From an uncultured Candidatus Saccharibacteria bacterium (lineage in GTDB: Bacteria; Patescibacteriota; Minisyncoccia; UBA6257; 1-14-0-10-44-23): a DNA stretch of 64,000 bases. The translations under genes were made by a program, and so were the position numbers. The DNA lies in NCBI GenBank assembly GCA_964549935.1, contig CAZJVT010000001.1, forward strand, positions 27,922 through 91,921. The letters are read 5' to 3'. A model generated the notes under the pieces. That model was not told the DNA's origin, made no database searches, and saw only the letters and a program-made list of their open reading frames with translations. The stretch's first letter is position 1; each line of letters opens with the position of its first letter. Of this stretch, positions 29,295 to 38,897 are shown in pieces.

Positions 29295-30314
29295 ATGGCT
29301 GAAAAGAAGCTTAAGCAAGACAACGGGGAGCCCATTGATGACCGCGCCATAGACGTTATTTTGCGCCCAAGTAGCTGGGACGAGTACGTCGGGCAGGAGA
29401 AGGTCAAAAAGAACCTGCGCGTCATTTTGCAGGCTGCTATGCAGCGCGGTGAGAGCTGCGACCATCTGTTGTTTTTTGGTCAGGCCGGACTTGGCAAAAC
29501 GACGCTGGCCAACTTGGTCGCGCGCGAACTTGGCGCAAATTTAAAAACGACCTCCGGTCCGGCGATTGAAAAAATGGGTGACCTCGCCGCTGTGCTGACC
29601 AACCTTTCGAAAGGGGACGTATTATTTATCGACGAGATCCACCGCCTGAACCGACTCATCGAAGAGGTTTTGTATCCGGCGATGGAGAGTCGTAAACTCC
29701 ACCTGATTGTTGGTAAGGGCCCAGGCGCGCGGACAGTCACGCTCGACCTGCCACCGTTTACTTTAATTGCGGCGACGACACGGCCAAACTTAATTTCTGC
29801 GCCGCTACGTTCGCGTTTTGGCGCGACCTTTAAACTTGATTATTACGAGCAGCCGGACATCGAGCTCATCGTAAAACGCAGCGCGAAGATGTTTGATTTA
29901 AATATTAGCCCGGAGGCACTTCAGATTATCGCCGAGGCCTCGCGCTTCACGCCGCGTACGGCCAACAGATTGCTGCGCCGCGTGCGCGACTACGCGCAGG
30001 TACATTACAAGGAGTTGATTGACGCTGATGCTGCGCAGAAGACGCTCGAGATGTTGGAGATTGATAACCTGGGGCTTGAGCCGCACGACCGCAGAATTTT
30101 AGAAGTACTCATCGACAAGTTCCACGGTGGACCGGTCGGGCTCTCGACGCTGGCCGCGGCATTTAACGAGGACAAGGGGACTATTGAGGATGTGTACGAG
30201 CCGTACCTGATGAGCATCGGACTCCTCGTTCGCACACCGTCAGGACGACGCGCAACCGAGAAGGCCTATGACCACCTGGGTAAGTTAGATGGCAATCAAC
30301 CAAAGCTTAGCTAG
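29295..30314 (+). CDS. ruvB: Holliday junction helicase RuvB
   Basis: LRPSSWDEYVGQ, GLGKTTLA, FIDEIHRL, LYPAMES, YEPYL, RTPSGR. Confidence 0.97.
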   Translation: MAEKKLKQDNGEPIDDRAIDVILRPSSWDEYVGQEKVKKNLRVILQAAMQRGESCDHLLFFGQAGLGKTTLANLVARELGANLKTTSGPAIEKMGDLAAVLTNLSKGDVLFIDEIHRLNRLIEEVLYPAMESRKLHLIVGKGPGARTVTLDLPPFTLIAATTRPNLISAPLRSRFGATFKLDYYEQPDIELIVKRSAKMFDLNISPEALQIIAEASRFTPRTANRLLRRVRDYAQVHYKELIDADAAQKTLEMLEIDNLGLEPHDRRILEVLIDKFHGGPVGLSTLAAAFNEDKGTIEDVYEPYLMSIGLLVRTPSGRRATEKAYDHLGKLDGNQPKLS

Positions 30315-30316
30315 CC

Positions 30317-30859
30317 ATGCTTAAGATTTCTGAAGTTCTTGCCAACCCAAGTGGCACCGATAAAAATGCGGAGTACGTTGTGATTCGTAATACTGAGGCT
30401 GCGCCGATTACCGTCTCGGGTTACAGTATTAAGACGGCCGGCGGCAAGGCGATTAAAGTCACCGGCGTTGTGCCGGCGGGCGGGGAGCTGAAGGTGATGA
30501 CCGGCAGCGTCGCGCTTAAAAACACCGGCGACACATTGAGTTTAGTTGGGCCAGCCGGGCAGGTAGTTGATTCGTTTACCTATACAACTGCGGCTGATGG
30601 GCAGGCGCTTCAGCCGGCAGCGTTTTTGACGCCGGAGCTAAAGTCGCAGCTTTTCGATGAGATTGCGACGACTTCACCCTCCCAAATTTCTGAAGGAAAT
30701 TTAGGAGGGCAAGCCACTCCCGCCACTTCGACGCTCTTGCTCGGGATTGCCTGTGCTGTTATCCTAGCCGGGCTTTCGGTGTATGTTTTAAAACAGGTGC
30801 GCTATGACGAAATCATAAGGAATCCTTTCGCAAAGCAAAAGGATTCCAGTAGTCAGTAG
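30317..30859 (+). CDS. Lamin-tail-domain surface protein with C-terminal TM
   Basis: ISEVLANPSGTD..AEYV.IRN, LKNTGDTLSL...VVDSFTY. Confidence 0.75.
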   Translation: MLKISEVLANPSGTDKNAEYVVIRNTEAAPITVSGYSIKTAGGKAIKVTGVVPAGGELKVMTGSVALKNTGDTLSLVGPAGQVVDSFTYTTAADGQALQPAAFLTPELKSQLFDEIATTSPSQISEGNLGGQATPATSTLLLGIACAVILAGLSVYVLKQVRYDEIIRNPFAKQKDSSSQ

Positions 30860-30878
30860 CTAGTAGGCAGTAGTTAGC

Positions 30879-31361
30879 ATGAAACAAAAAACAATGAAGG
30901 GCGGGAAGAAAATTCAAATCAAAAATGCAGTCGCGATGCAGAAGTTCGCGGCGGAAATGGCGCGTGAACTTATCGCGCAGCCGCTTGGCAAACATGCGAA
31001 GGTGATTTCTCTTACCGGCAATCTGGGTGCCGGTAAGACGACCTTTACGCAGGGATTTTTGCGTGAGCTCGGTGTCCGTCGCCGCATCATCTCTCCGACA
31101 TTTTTAATAATTCGACCTTACGATTTGAAGGCCGATGAGTACGCCCGTGCGTTTCATATCGATTGCTACCGGCTACAAAAACCGCAGGAGTTGGCCGCTT
31201 TGGGTTTTAAAGAAATTTTAGAAAATCCGGCGAATATTGTTTTGATTGAGTGGCCGGAGATTGTCAGTGAGTTGCTGCCAAGAGAGATTGTTCGAATTGC
31301 GATTGAGCACCCGGAGAGTGGGAGTACCCGCAAAGTGCAAATCGCAAATAGCAAAGCGTAG
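30879..31361 (+). CDS. tsaE: t6A biosynthesis ATPase TsaE
   Basis: LTGNLGAGKTTF, SPTF, HIDCYRL, LIEWPE. Confidence 0.95.
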   Translation: MKQKTMKGGKKIQIKNAVAMQKFAAEMARELIAQPLGKHAKVISLTGNLGAGKTTFTQGFLRELGVRRRIISPTFLIIRPYDLKADEYARAFHIDCYRLQKPQELAALGFKEILENPANIVLIEWPEIVSELLPREIVRIAIEHPESGSTRKVQIANSKA

Positions 31362-31444
31362 GGCAGGGAGAGGGGGAGCAAAAACGAGAGAGGTCCGCGG
31401 GCGACCTCCTCGTGGGCGGTCGGCGGACCTCAGATTGCGGCGCC

Positions 31445-31648
31445 CTACATGTAGGGCTGGTAGTGCTCGATGATCGCACCGCCTCCGCGTACCCTGACGA
31501 GCGCGGCCTCCTTGATCGTGGAGTCAGAGTGGTAGCGCTTCCGGAACTTCTCGCTCGCGTCGTTGTCGGACGCGGCCAGGAATCCTTGAGGTGTCGCCAC
31601 TTTGCCGCCGCCTGCTTCGTGATACATGTCGGCTCGGTACCTGTGCAT
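31445..31648 (-). CDS. Small GC-rich orphan protein (67 aa), SD-led cassette
   Basis: AGGAGGT 6 nt before ATG; TTGCCT-17-TATAAA promoter; hairpin GAGGTCCGC...GCGGACCTC plus U tract downstream. Confidence 0.65.
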   Translation of the reverse strand: MHRYRADMYHEAGGGKVATPQGFLAASDNDASEKFRKRYHSDSTIKEAALVRVRGGGAIIEHYQPYM

Positions 31649-31755
31649 CGGTGTACCTCCTGTAGCCCTTTTTATACTCCTGGCGTAGAATAAAGGCAAG
31701 CAAAATCCCTCCCCGCCGCAGGCGGTACTCCCTTTAGGAAAAGGAGAATAAAACA

Positions 31756-32631
31756 ATGAAAAAGCTCCTACTCATCGACAGCCACGCCCTCATCCACCGT
31801 ATGTATCACGCGATGGCACCACTTACGACGCCAGATGGGGAGCCGATTGGTGCCATCTACGGCTTGTCGCAGCTTTTGATGCGCATGATTACCGAAACGG
31901 TAAAGCCAGATTATGTTGCCGCCTGTTTCGATCGTCCGGAGCCGACGTTTCGTAAAGAGATGTTTGCGGAGTATAAGGCACATCGCGAGGCGACGCCGAG
32001 CGATTTGATTTCGCAAATTATCAAAGCCCGCGAGGTGTTTGCGCAATTTAAAATAAAAATGTTTGAGCTACCGGGATTCGAGGCGGACGATTTGATTGCG
32101 ACGCTCGCGACGAAACTTCATAACGAAAAAGATTTACAAGTTTCGATTTTAACCGGCGACCGCGATTTGCTGCAGCTGGTGCACGCTGATCACGTCGTCG
32201 TTGAGCTGTTTAAAAACGGGGGAGGTGAGACGATACATATGAACGAGGCGGCGGTCATTGAGAAGTACGGCCTCAATCCGCTGCAAATTGTCGACCTGAA
32301 GGGCCTCATCGGTGACCCCTCCGACAATATTCCGGGAATTCACGGCGTCGGCGAGAAAACGGCTACGCCGCTACTCAAAGAGTTCGGAACCGTCGAGGGG
32401 GTGTTTGAAAATCTCGTGATTGTGCCGGAGAAGGTGGCCAAAAAGTTCCGGGGGCACGAGGAGATCGCGCTGAAGTGTAAAAAGCTCGCCACGCTGGAGC
32501 GTAACGTGCCGATTTTCTTGGACTCACTCGAGGACTTAAAAGCATTGCCGCTCGACCGACCGGAGCTGATTTCGTATTTTGAAAAGCTTGGGTTTGTCTC
32601 GCTGATTCGGCGGCTGCGCGGAGAAAGCTAG
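31756..32631 (+). CDS. Stand-alone 5'-3' exonuclease (PolA N-terminal/flap endonuclease domain)
   Basis: LLLIDSHALIHRMYHA, YKAHR, FEADDLIAT, TGDRDLLQL, GDPSDNIPGIHGVGEKTA. Confidence 0.92.
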   Translation: MKKLLLIDSHALIHRMYHAMAPLTTPDGEPIGAIYGLSQLLMRMITETVKPDYVAACFDRPEPTFRKEMFAEYKAHREATPSDLISQIIKAREVFAQFKIKMFELPGFEADDLIATLATKLHNEKDLQVSILTGDRDLLQLVHADHVVVELFKNGGGETIHMNEAAVIEKYGLNPLQIVDLKGLIGDPSDNIPGIHGVGEKTATPLLKEFGTVEGVFENLVIVPEKVAKKFRGHEEIALKCKKLATLERNVPIFLDSLEDLKALPLDRPELISYFEKLGFVSLIRRLRGES

Positions 32632-32666
32632 AGTTTCTGGCGAAATTCTGGTGGTATACTAATTCT

Positions 32667-33572
32667 ATGAATGCTCGCGCATCCTCGCGCCTTGTTGGTT
32701 TACTAAAAAAGCCGGAGGTGCAATTTTTCTTGATTTCGCTTATCCCGCTAATTGCGGTTTTTATTGTTACCAGAATCTATATTCCGGTAGAGCAGCAGCC
32801 CTTTATGGATGTCGTTTTGCTCGGCATGTTCGGGATTATTACGTATCAGATGATTTATTCGGTCTATATGCACGCAAAGCTGGCGGAACGGGAGCGGGCC
32901 TTTTTGAGCGTTTCGGCACACCAAATGCGTTCGCCGCTGACTGCGGTTAAATGGATTTTGTCGGAGATGGGTAAGAATGACAACAAGCCCGAGGAGCGCA
33001 AAGATTTAGCTCGGGTCGGGGATGTCGCGGTTACAAAGCTCAACAACATTATTGATGCGTTTTCGGCCATGGCTCGCGTTGATGAGGGTGCGACCGAGGA
33101 GCGCATGGCGAATATTGATATGTGCGAAGAGATCGAGAAGTCTGTTGAGGCTGCAGAGCCTGTCGGAAAGCAGTACGGCGTTGCCGTCCACTTTGAAGGG
33201 CCGTGCGAGGAGCTTTGGGTGCGTGCCAATCCGGTAAATCTGGAGATGGTTTTTTCGAATCTGATTAACAATGCGATTAAGTACAATCACCGAGGAGGAA
33301 TGGTCGCAGTTGGTGCACGCAAGGTTCACGGCGGGAGTCAGATTGAGGTGATGGTACGCGACACCGGTATGGGCATCCCGCCAAACGAACAGGGGAGGAT
33401 TTTTGAGCGATACTTCCGTGGTGCACAGGCGCAGCGGGTTAACGAGGCCGGTTCCGGACTCGGACTCCACTTAACCAAAACGATTATCGAGCAGCACGGC
33501 GGGACGATCTGGCTCGAATCAATCCATGGCAAAGGAACGACGTTTCACTTTACGCTTCCCACGACGAGGTAG
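32667..33572 (+). CDS. Membrane sensor histidine kinase
   Basis: Two TMs, SAHQMRSPL (H box), NLINNAIKY, DTGMGI, GSGLGL, GKGTTF. Confidence 0.92.
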   Translation: MNARASSRLVGLLKKPEVQFFLISLIPLIAVFIVTRIYIPVEQQPFMDVVLLGMFGIITYQMIYSVYMHAKLAERERAFLSVSAHQMRSPLTAVKWILSEMGKNDNKPEERKDLARVGDVAVTKLNNIIDAFSAMARVDEGATEERMANIDMCEEIEKSVEAAEPVGKQYGVAVHFEGPCEELWVRANPVNLEMVFSNLINNAIKYNHRGGMVAVGARKVHGGSQIEVMVRDTGMGIPPNEQGRIFERYFRGAQAQRVNEAGSGLGLHLTKTIIEQHGGTIWLESIHGKGTTFHFTLPTTR

Positions 33573-33638
33573 TAGATAGGGGGGCGGGGTTTGAATTTTT
33601 GCTGACTACTGTCTACTATCTACTGACTACTCTTTGCC

Positions 33639-34550
33639 ATGCCTGAATTACCTGAAGTAGAAACAGTCGTCAGAGACCTACAGAAGAAGGTCGCCGGCCG
33701 CACTATCACTGCGGTCTGGTTTGATTGGCCGAAACTGATTAAGGATTACGAGGCGCAGAGCCGGCTTACGGTTTCGACAAAAGCCGTCGCGCATTTTAAA
33801 AAACATATTGTCGGTAAAAAGATTGAGCGCGTGGCTCGGCGAGCAAAAAATATTTTAATTTATTTATCAGGCGGACACTTGATGCTGGTGCATCAAAAAA
33901 TGACGGGGCATTTTCTGCTTGGGCAGTGGAAGATGGGGCCAAAGGGGAGCGTCGCCGTTGCGCCGCGCGAGATCATCGAGGATTCCTACAATGGATACGT
34001 GCATTTAATTTTTACACTTGATGACGGCCGGCAGCTGGGGCTTTCGGACGTGCGTAAATTCGCCAAGGTTATTTTTGGCACTGCCAAGCAGATTGAAGCG
34101 CTACCGGAGCTCGCGCACCTTGGGCCGGATGCGCTTGACGAGCGGCTCGACTCGCGTACATTCGCGGCGATTATGAGCCGCGAGAAAAGGCCAATCAAGC
34201 AGGTATTAATGGATCCTTTCGTCATTGCCGGAATCGGCAATATTTATTCTGATGATATTTTGTGGCGGGCGCAGGCGCATCCGAAAGTGAGCGCCGCCAA
34301 GCTGTCGCCGGTGGAACTGCGGGCGATTTATAAGGCTATGCGGGAGGTTTTGACGCTCGCCGTGAAGTTGCGGGGGACCTCGACGAGTGATTTTCGCGAT
34401 ACGGCCGGCAAAGAGGGCGGTTACACCGGACACCGACTGGTTTATCAGCGCACAGGCGAGCCCTGCGGCCGTTGCAAGACGCCGATTGAGCGAATGGTCA
34501 TTGGCGGACGCAGCGCGCACTTTTGTCCGGCTTGTCAGAAGTTGCGCTAA
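33639..34550 (+). CDS. mutM: Formamidopyrimidine-DNA glycosylase
   Basis: MPELPEVET, RRAK, GIGNIYSD, C-terminal C4 zinc finger. Confidence 0.96.
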   Translation: MPELPEVETVVRDLQKKVAGRTITAVWFDWPKLIKDYEAQSRLTVSTKAVAHFKKHIVGKKIERVARRAKNILIYLSGGHLMLVHQKMTGHFLLGQWKMGPKGSVAVAPREIIEDSYNGYVHLIFTLDDGRQLGLSDVRKFAKVIFGTAKQIEALPELAHLGPDALDERLDSRTFAAIMSREKRPIKQVLMDPFVIAGIGNIYSDDILWRAQAHPKVSAAKLSPVELRAIYKAMREVLTLAVKLRGTSTSDFRDTAGKEGGYTGHRLVYQRTGEPCGRCKTPIERMVIGGRSAHFCPACQKLR

Positions 34551-34627
34551 TTCGCGCTCGGTAGTATTCTGAATCCGTTGGCTATTAATTGTTTTTGATT
34601 TTTTGTTTATCGTTTTTTATCACTGCT

Positions 34628-36271
34628 ATGTTCGGCTCAAAAAAGGAAACTAAATATATTTTCGTTGCTGGCGGTGTAATGTCTGCGATTGGCAAAGGCA
34701 TCACCGCCTCTTCTATTGCCAAAATTATGCAGGCGCGCGGACTTAAAGTCACCGCGCTTAAAATTGATCCGTATGTAAACGTAGACGCGGGCACGATGAC
34801 ACCGACAGAGCACGGCGAGGTCTTCGTCCTTGCTGACGGTATGGAGTGTGACCAGGACATGGGTAACTACGAACGCTTTCTAGACACCGACCTGACGAGG
34901 CTCAACTACATGACGACCGGCAGCGTCTATCTTTCTGTCATTACGAAGGAGCGCAATTTAGAGTACGGCGGCAAGAATGTCGAGGTGGTTCCGCACATTC
35001 CGAATGAGGTTATCGACAAAATTGATGCGGCCGTGGCGGCAACCGGCAGCGACGTTGCAGTTGTTGAGGTTGGTGGCACTGTGGGTGAGTATCAAAATAT
35101 CTTGTTCCTGGAGGCGTACCGTATTTTGAAGTTCCGCCACCCGGAGGACTGCGCTTTTGTTTTAGTTAGTTATTTGCCGGTTTTAAATGGCGAGATAAAG
35201 AGCAAGCCGACGCAGTATGCGGTCCGTTCGGTTAACGCGACCGGCATTCAGCCGGACGTCATCATCGCTCGTTCTGAGAGTCCGATTGATGACAAGCGCA
35301 AAGAAAAGATTGCCTTTAATTGTAGTTTGCATATCGAAGAAATTATTTCCGCACCGAACGCGAAGAGTATTTACGAAGTGCCGGTAACGTTTGAAGACCA
35401 GGGTCTCGGCGAACTGCTCGCCAAGAAGCTCGGCGTGGGCGGGCGCGACCGCGATATGAAGGAGTGGCGCGGACTCGTTGATAAAATCCGCAGCGCGACT
35501 AAGCCGGTTAAGATTGCTATCGCCGGTAAGTACTTCGCGACAGGTGAGTTTGTGCTAACTGATTCGTATATCTCGGTTATTCAGGCTATCGGTCACGCCG
35601 CATACCAGGCCGGGCACAAGCCGGACATCGAGTGGGTTAACGTTGAGGACTTCGAAAAGGACCCGAGCCAGCTTAAGCGCCTTGATCAGTACGGTGGCGT
35701 CATCGTCCCGGGCGGATTTGGTGATCGCGGCGTAGAAGGTAAAATCGCTGTCATCAAGTACTGCCGCGAGAACAAGATCCCGTACCTCGGCCTTTGCTAC
35801 GGTATGCAGCTGATGGTGGTTGAGCATGCGCGTAACATCGGTGGACTGCAGGGTGCACACACGACGGAGGTTGATCCGAACACTAAGTACCCGGTCATCG
35901 ATATTTTGCCGGAGCAGAAGGAGCTGCTCGCCAAAAAACAGTACGGCGCCTCGATGCGTCTTGGTAACTACCCGGCCACACTCAAGAAGGGAACGATCGT
36001 TTACGACGCCTACGGCAAGGAGGAGGTTATTGAGCGCCACCGCCACCGCTTTGAGGTCAACCCGGAGTACATCGAGCAAATTGAAAAGATGGGCCTCGTA
36101 TTCTCCGGCACCTCGCCAAGCCGTAAGTTGATGGAATTTGCTGAACTGCCGAAGGACAAGCACCCGTACTTTGTCGGTACCCAGGCGCACCCGGAACTTA
36201 TCTCGCGCCCACTTCGCCCGCACCCGCTCTTTGCTGGTCTCGTCAAAGCGGCGATTGACAGGAAGCTTTAA
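34628..36271 (+). CDS. pyrG: CTP synthase
   Basis: GGVMSAIGKG, DPYVNVDAGTM, GLCYGMQ, ERHRHRFE, QAHPE. Confidence 0.97.
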   Translation: MFGSKKETKYIFVAGGVMSAIGKGITASSIAKIMQARGLKVTALKIDPYVNVDAGTMTPTEHGEVFVLADGMECDQDMGNYERFLDTDLTRLNYMTTGSVYLSVITKERNLEYGGKNVEVVPHIPNEVIDKIDAAVAATGSDVAVVEVGGTVGEYQNILFLEAYRILKFRHPEDCAFVLVSYLPVLNGEIKSKPTQYAVRSVNATGIQPDVIIARSESPIDDKRKEKIAFNCSLHIEEIISAPNAKSIYEVPVTFEDQGLGELLAKKLGVGGRDRDMKEWRGLVDKIRSATKPVKIAIAGKYFATGEFVLTDSYISVIQAIGHAAYQAGHKPDIEWVNVEDFEKDPSQLKRLDQYGGVIVPGGFGDRGVEGKIAVIKYCRENKIPYLGLCYGMQLMVVEHARNIGGLQGAHTTEVDPNTKYPVIDILPEQKELLAKKQYGASMRLGNYPATLKKGTIVYDAYGKEEVIERHRHRFEVNPEYIEQIEKMGLVFSGTSPSRKLMEFAELPKDKHPYFVGTQAHPELISRPLRPHPLFAGLVKAAIDRKL

Positions 36272-36360
36272 ATATTGTAGTCTATTTTTGTAAGTTAAGG
36301 TTCGCAATACTCGGAAACACCTGAGTGTTTCAGGTTTCGCCGGGATGCGGGGAGGGTCCG

Positions 36361-36882
36361 ATGAAAGGAAAGAAGGCTTTCGTGAAGCGTGCCGGCGGGC
36401 GCCTGCCCGACGTGACCAAGCTGGAGCTGCACAGGCTCAGCGAATCAGTCGGACGGCGAATCGACGTCGCTCTCAGTGAGCTGGGTCAGCCGACGCGGCA
36501 TCGCATGGTGGACGCGCGGGAACTCAAGCGGCTCACCGCAGCGGTCCTCGGCGGAGCTCTGCCGCCCAACCAGAAGGAGGTGGTGGATGGCTGGGCGAAG
36601 CTTCGTGCCCGCATCATCGGCCGCGGCAATTACCGATGCCTTCAGATCGGGGGCACGGTGATCAAGACGATGGAGTTCGACCACGGCGACAAGGGTGCTT
36701 GGTTTCGTGGAGGGTCGTGGGTCGGCAACGATGTGACGATCAACGACTACGTCCTCCTGCGCAAGCGGCCCTGCCGCTGCAAGAAGTGCCGGCCGGAGCA
36801 CAAGAAGGGCTTGGCTCCTCACCATCGCGAGCGAACGGGCAAGGAGGTGGACCAGTTCGGCATGCCGGCGGAGTTCTGCTAG
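36361..36882 (+). CDS. GC-rich basic orphan protein (173 aa, CxCxxC), SD-led cassette
   Basis: GGAGGG 4 nt before ATG, 5' hairpin, terminator CGGCTCCCG...CGGGAGCCG-CTTTGTTTTT. Confidence 0.65.
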   Translation: MKGKKAFVKRAGGRLPDVTKLELHRLSESVGRRIDVALSELGQPTRHRMVDARELKRLTAAVLGGALPPNQKEVVDGWAKLRARIIGRGNYRCLQIGGTVIKTMEFDHGDKGAWFRGGSWVGNDVTINDYVLLRKRPCRCKKCRPEHKKGLAPHHRERTGKEVDQFGMPAEFC

Positions 36883-36961
36883 CGTTCGTATCGGCTCCCG
36901 GGCGGCTCCCGCCTTCGGGAGCCGCTTTGTTTTTATGATGTAAAACTGCTACGATTTTGTT

Positions 36962-37648
36962 ATGGCTAAACCAGAAGAATCTTTCGGAGCTCCAGCGCAA
37001 CCAGAGGCGGCCAAGAAAAATCCCGAGCAGATGGATTTTGGCGCGATGGTTGAGCCAAGCGATGCATACAAAGAATCATTTCTTGCTGCCTTGCGCAGTT
37101 TGCGCGTGCCGTATCTTAAAAAAGGGGAACAGAAAATTGACCGCGCGTGGGTAAATAAGATAACGCTTGATGGCGTTGAGCTTGACGCAAACGATCCAGA
37201 CCAGCTAGAAGCCCACTTTAGCGCATTCGTTGATTCTCTGAAGGCTAAGGTTGACGATGAAGGCAGAAAGGTTATCTTTTGGGCGGTTGATCAGGAAGGC
37301 AAGTATATTGGTTATGTAAATGTTTGGGGTAAGCTCACTGATGCTCGACGAAAGGCAGGAGGGCAGTTGAGTATTGAGGTGCGGCCGGAAGCGAGAGGCG
37401 GCAAAAATCAGGCGAAGTGGACGGATTTACCGGTTATTAAAATGACCGAATGGTCCCTTGCGAAGCTAAAAGAGTATGGGAATGATGAGATTATGTATAG
37501 CTGCAGCGAGGAAAATGCTAGAGGGGAAAGCGCAGGGCTACGGCGACTTGGCTATGCGGTTCGGGACGGCGGGACATTTTTGAATGAATTTCAGAAGAAA
37601 ATGAAGCAAATTTTTTGGGTTGCAACTACTAAGCAAGAGCGAGTCTAA
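36962..37648 (+). CDS. Hypothetical protein, possible GNAT-like fold
   Basis: YIGYV...SIEVRPEARG and N..S...RRLGY patterns resemble GNAT motifs A and B. Confidence 0.55.
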   Translation: MAKPEESFGAPAQPEAAKKNPEQMDFGAMVEPSDAYKESFLAALRSLRVPYLKKGEQKIDRAWVNKITLDGVELDANDPDQLEAHFSAFVDSLKAKVDDEGRKVIFWAVDQEGKYIGYVNVWGKLTDARRKAGGQLSIEVRPEARGGKNQAKWTDLPVIKMTEWSLAKLKEYGNDEIMYSCSEENARGESAGLRRLGYAVRDGGTFLNEFQKKMKQIFWVATTKQERV

Positions 37649-37650
37649 TT

Positions 37651-38412
37651 ATGTTTGCCTACCTCTACGGACCAGACACGTATCGCCGGGGTCGGTATCT
37701 GCGCGAGCAGCTTCTGGCTCCGTATCACAAGAAGTACCCGGACGGGAGCGTCGGCGTTTTTGATTTGCTCGAGGAGGATGCGGTCGCAAAGCTGCAGAGT
37801 TTTAGTGGCGGCACCGGACTTTTTGCGAAAACAGCGCTGGCCGTTGTGTATCATCCCGAGGAGGGGGAGAAGGAGTTTGTAAAATTTTTGAAAGAGGTCG
37901 GGGAGTCTACGGCAACGACGGTTATTGTCGTGGCCGACAAAAAACTGACGAAGGAGTTTGCATTTTTGATGAATGGTAAAGAAAAAGAGTTCGAGCCGCT
38001 CTCCGGTTTGGATTTTCTTAAGTTTATTAAAGCGGAGGCAAAGACGCTCGAACTCGCTGTGACGGACGTGCAGCTTAAGGCGATAGGCGAGGCTTACGAC
38101 GGCGATACCTGGGCGGCGATGACCGAGATTGAGCGAGTGGCCGCCGGCGGCGCTATCGAGCAGCACACCATCGTCGTGGACTTCATGGGCCTCCTGCGCA
38201 CACTCTCGGCGGGCAGAAATTTGCCGGCCTTGCTGCGGGCGCTCACGCTCCTGACTGACTACGATGAGCCGGCTAAAGTTTTTAATCTCCTGGGCGCATT
38301 CGTTTACGGTAGCGCGAAGATAAAAATGGCCGACTACGACCTGGCGGTTAAAACAGGGAAGCTGGAATACCCCGAAGTCCTACTGGACTTTGTATTAGGA
38401 GCTAGTAGTTAG
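37651..38412 (+). CDS. holA: DNA polymerase III delta subunit (HolA-like)
   Basis: YLYGPDTYR, GLF motif, DLAVKTG near the C-terminus; next to rpsT. Confidence 0.75.
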   Translation: MFAYLYGPDTYRRGRYLREQLLAPYHKKYPDGSVGVFDLLEEDAVAKLQSFSGGTGLFAKTALAVVYHPEEGEKEFVKFLKEVGESTATTVIVVADKKLTKEFAFLMNGKEKEFEPLSGLDFLKFIKAEAKTLELAVTDVQLKAIGEAYDGDTWAAMTEIERVAAGGAIEQHTIVVDFMGLLRTLSAGRNLPALLRALTLLTDYDEPAKVFNLLGAFVYGSAKIKMADYDLAVKTGKLEYPEVLLDFVLGASS

Positions 38413-38442
38413 GAGTCAGGAGTTAGCTAAGAGAAGGCATAC

Positions 38443-38470
38443 GCAAAAAGACCCTTTCGGGTCTTTTTGC
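38443..38470. terminator. Bidirectional terminator
   Basis: GCAAAAAGACCC-TTTC-GGGTCTTTTTGC between convergent holA and rpsT. Confidence 0.85.
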
Positions 38471-38493
38471 TGCTAGCTTCGGACTACTGTCTC

Positions 38494-38754
38494 CTAGCTA
38501 CTTTTCACTTTGACTGCGAGACGGCCCTTGAGGCGGTTGGCGGTGTTCTTTTTGATGACGCCCACCTTGGCGGCTTTGTCGAGTTTTTGGTAGACGAGCG
38601 CGAGTTCCTTCTTGGCCTCTTCAATCTTCTTACCCTCGACGAGCTTCTTGTAGGACTTGATGACCTTCTTAAGCTCCACCTTTTGAGCGGCGTTTTTCTC
38701 GTAGCGGCGGCGGTTTTGACGAAGCGCCTTTTTGGCTGTACGTGTAACTGGCAT
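38494..38754 (-). CDS. rpsT: 30S ribosomal protein S20
   Basis: MPVTRTAKKALRQ, LDKAAKVGVIKKNTANRLK. Confidence 0.95.
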   Translation of the reverse strand: MPVTRTAKKALRQNRRRYEKNAAQKVELKKVIKSYKKLVEGKKIEEAKKELALVYQKLDKAAKVGVIKKNTANRLKGRLAVKVKSS

Positions 38755-38897
38755 GAATTCAGTAATTTACGATTTGTAATCCTTAATTTCCAAGTAGAGG
38801 CTAGGAAAGTTAGTGGGTGTAGATTACCAGTTCTTGACAGAAAATGCAAGAGAGCAGCCCTTTGTGCTTACTGCCTGCGGGCTTTATACTGAAGGTA

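Noticed and set aside
28937-29302. 121-aa ORF in the track
   Set aside because: TTG start, no recognisable motif, runs through long palindromes and a terminator
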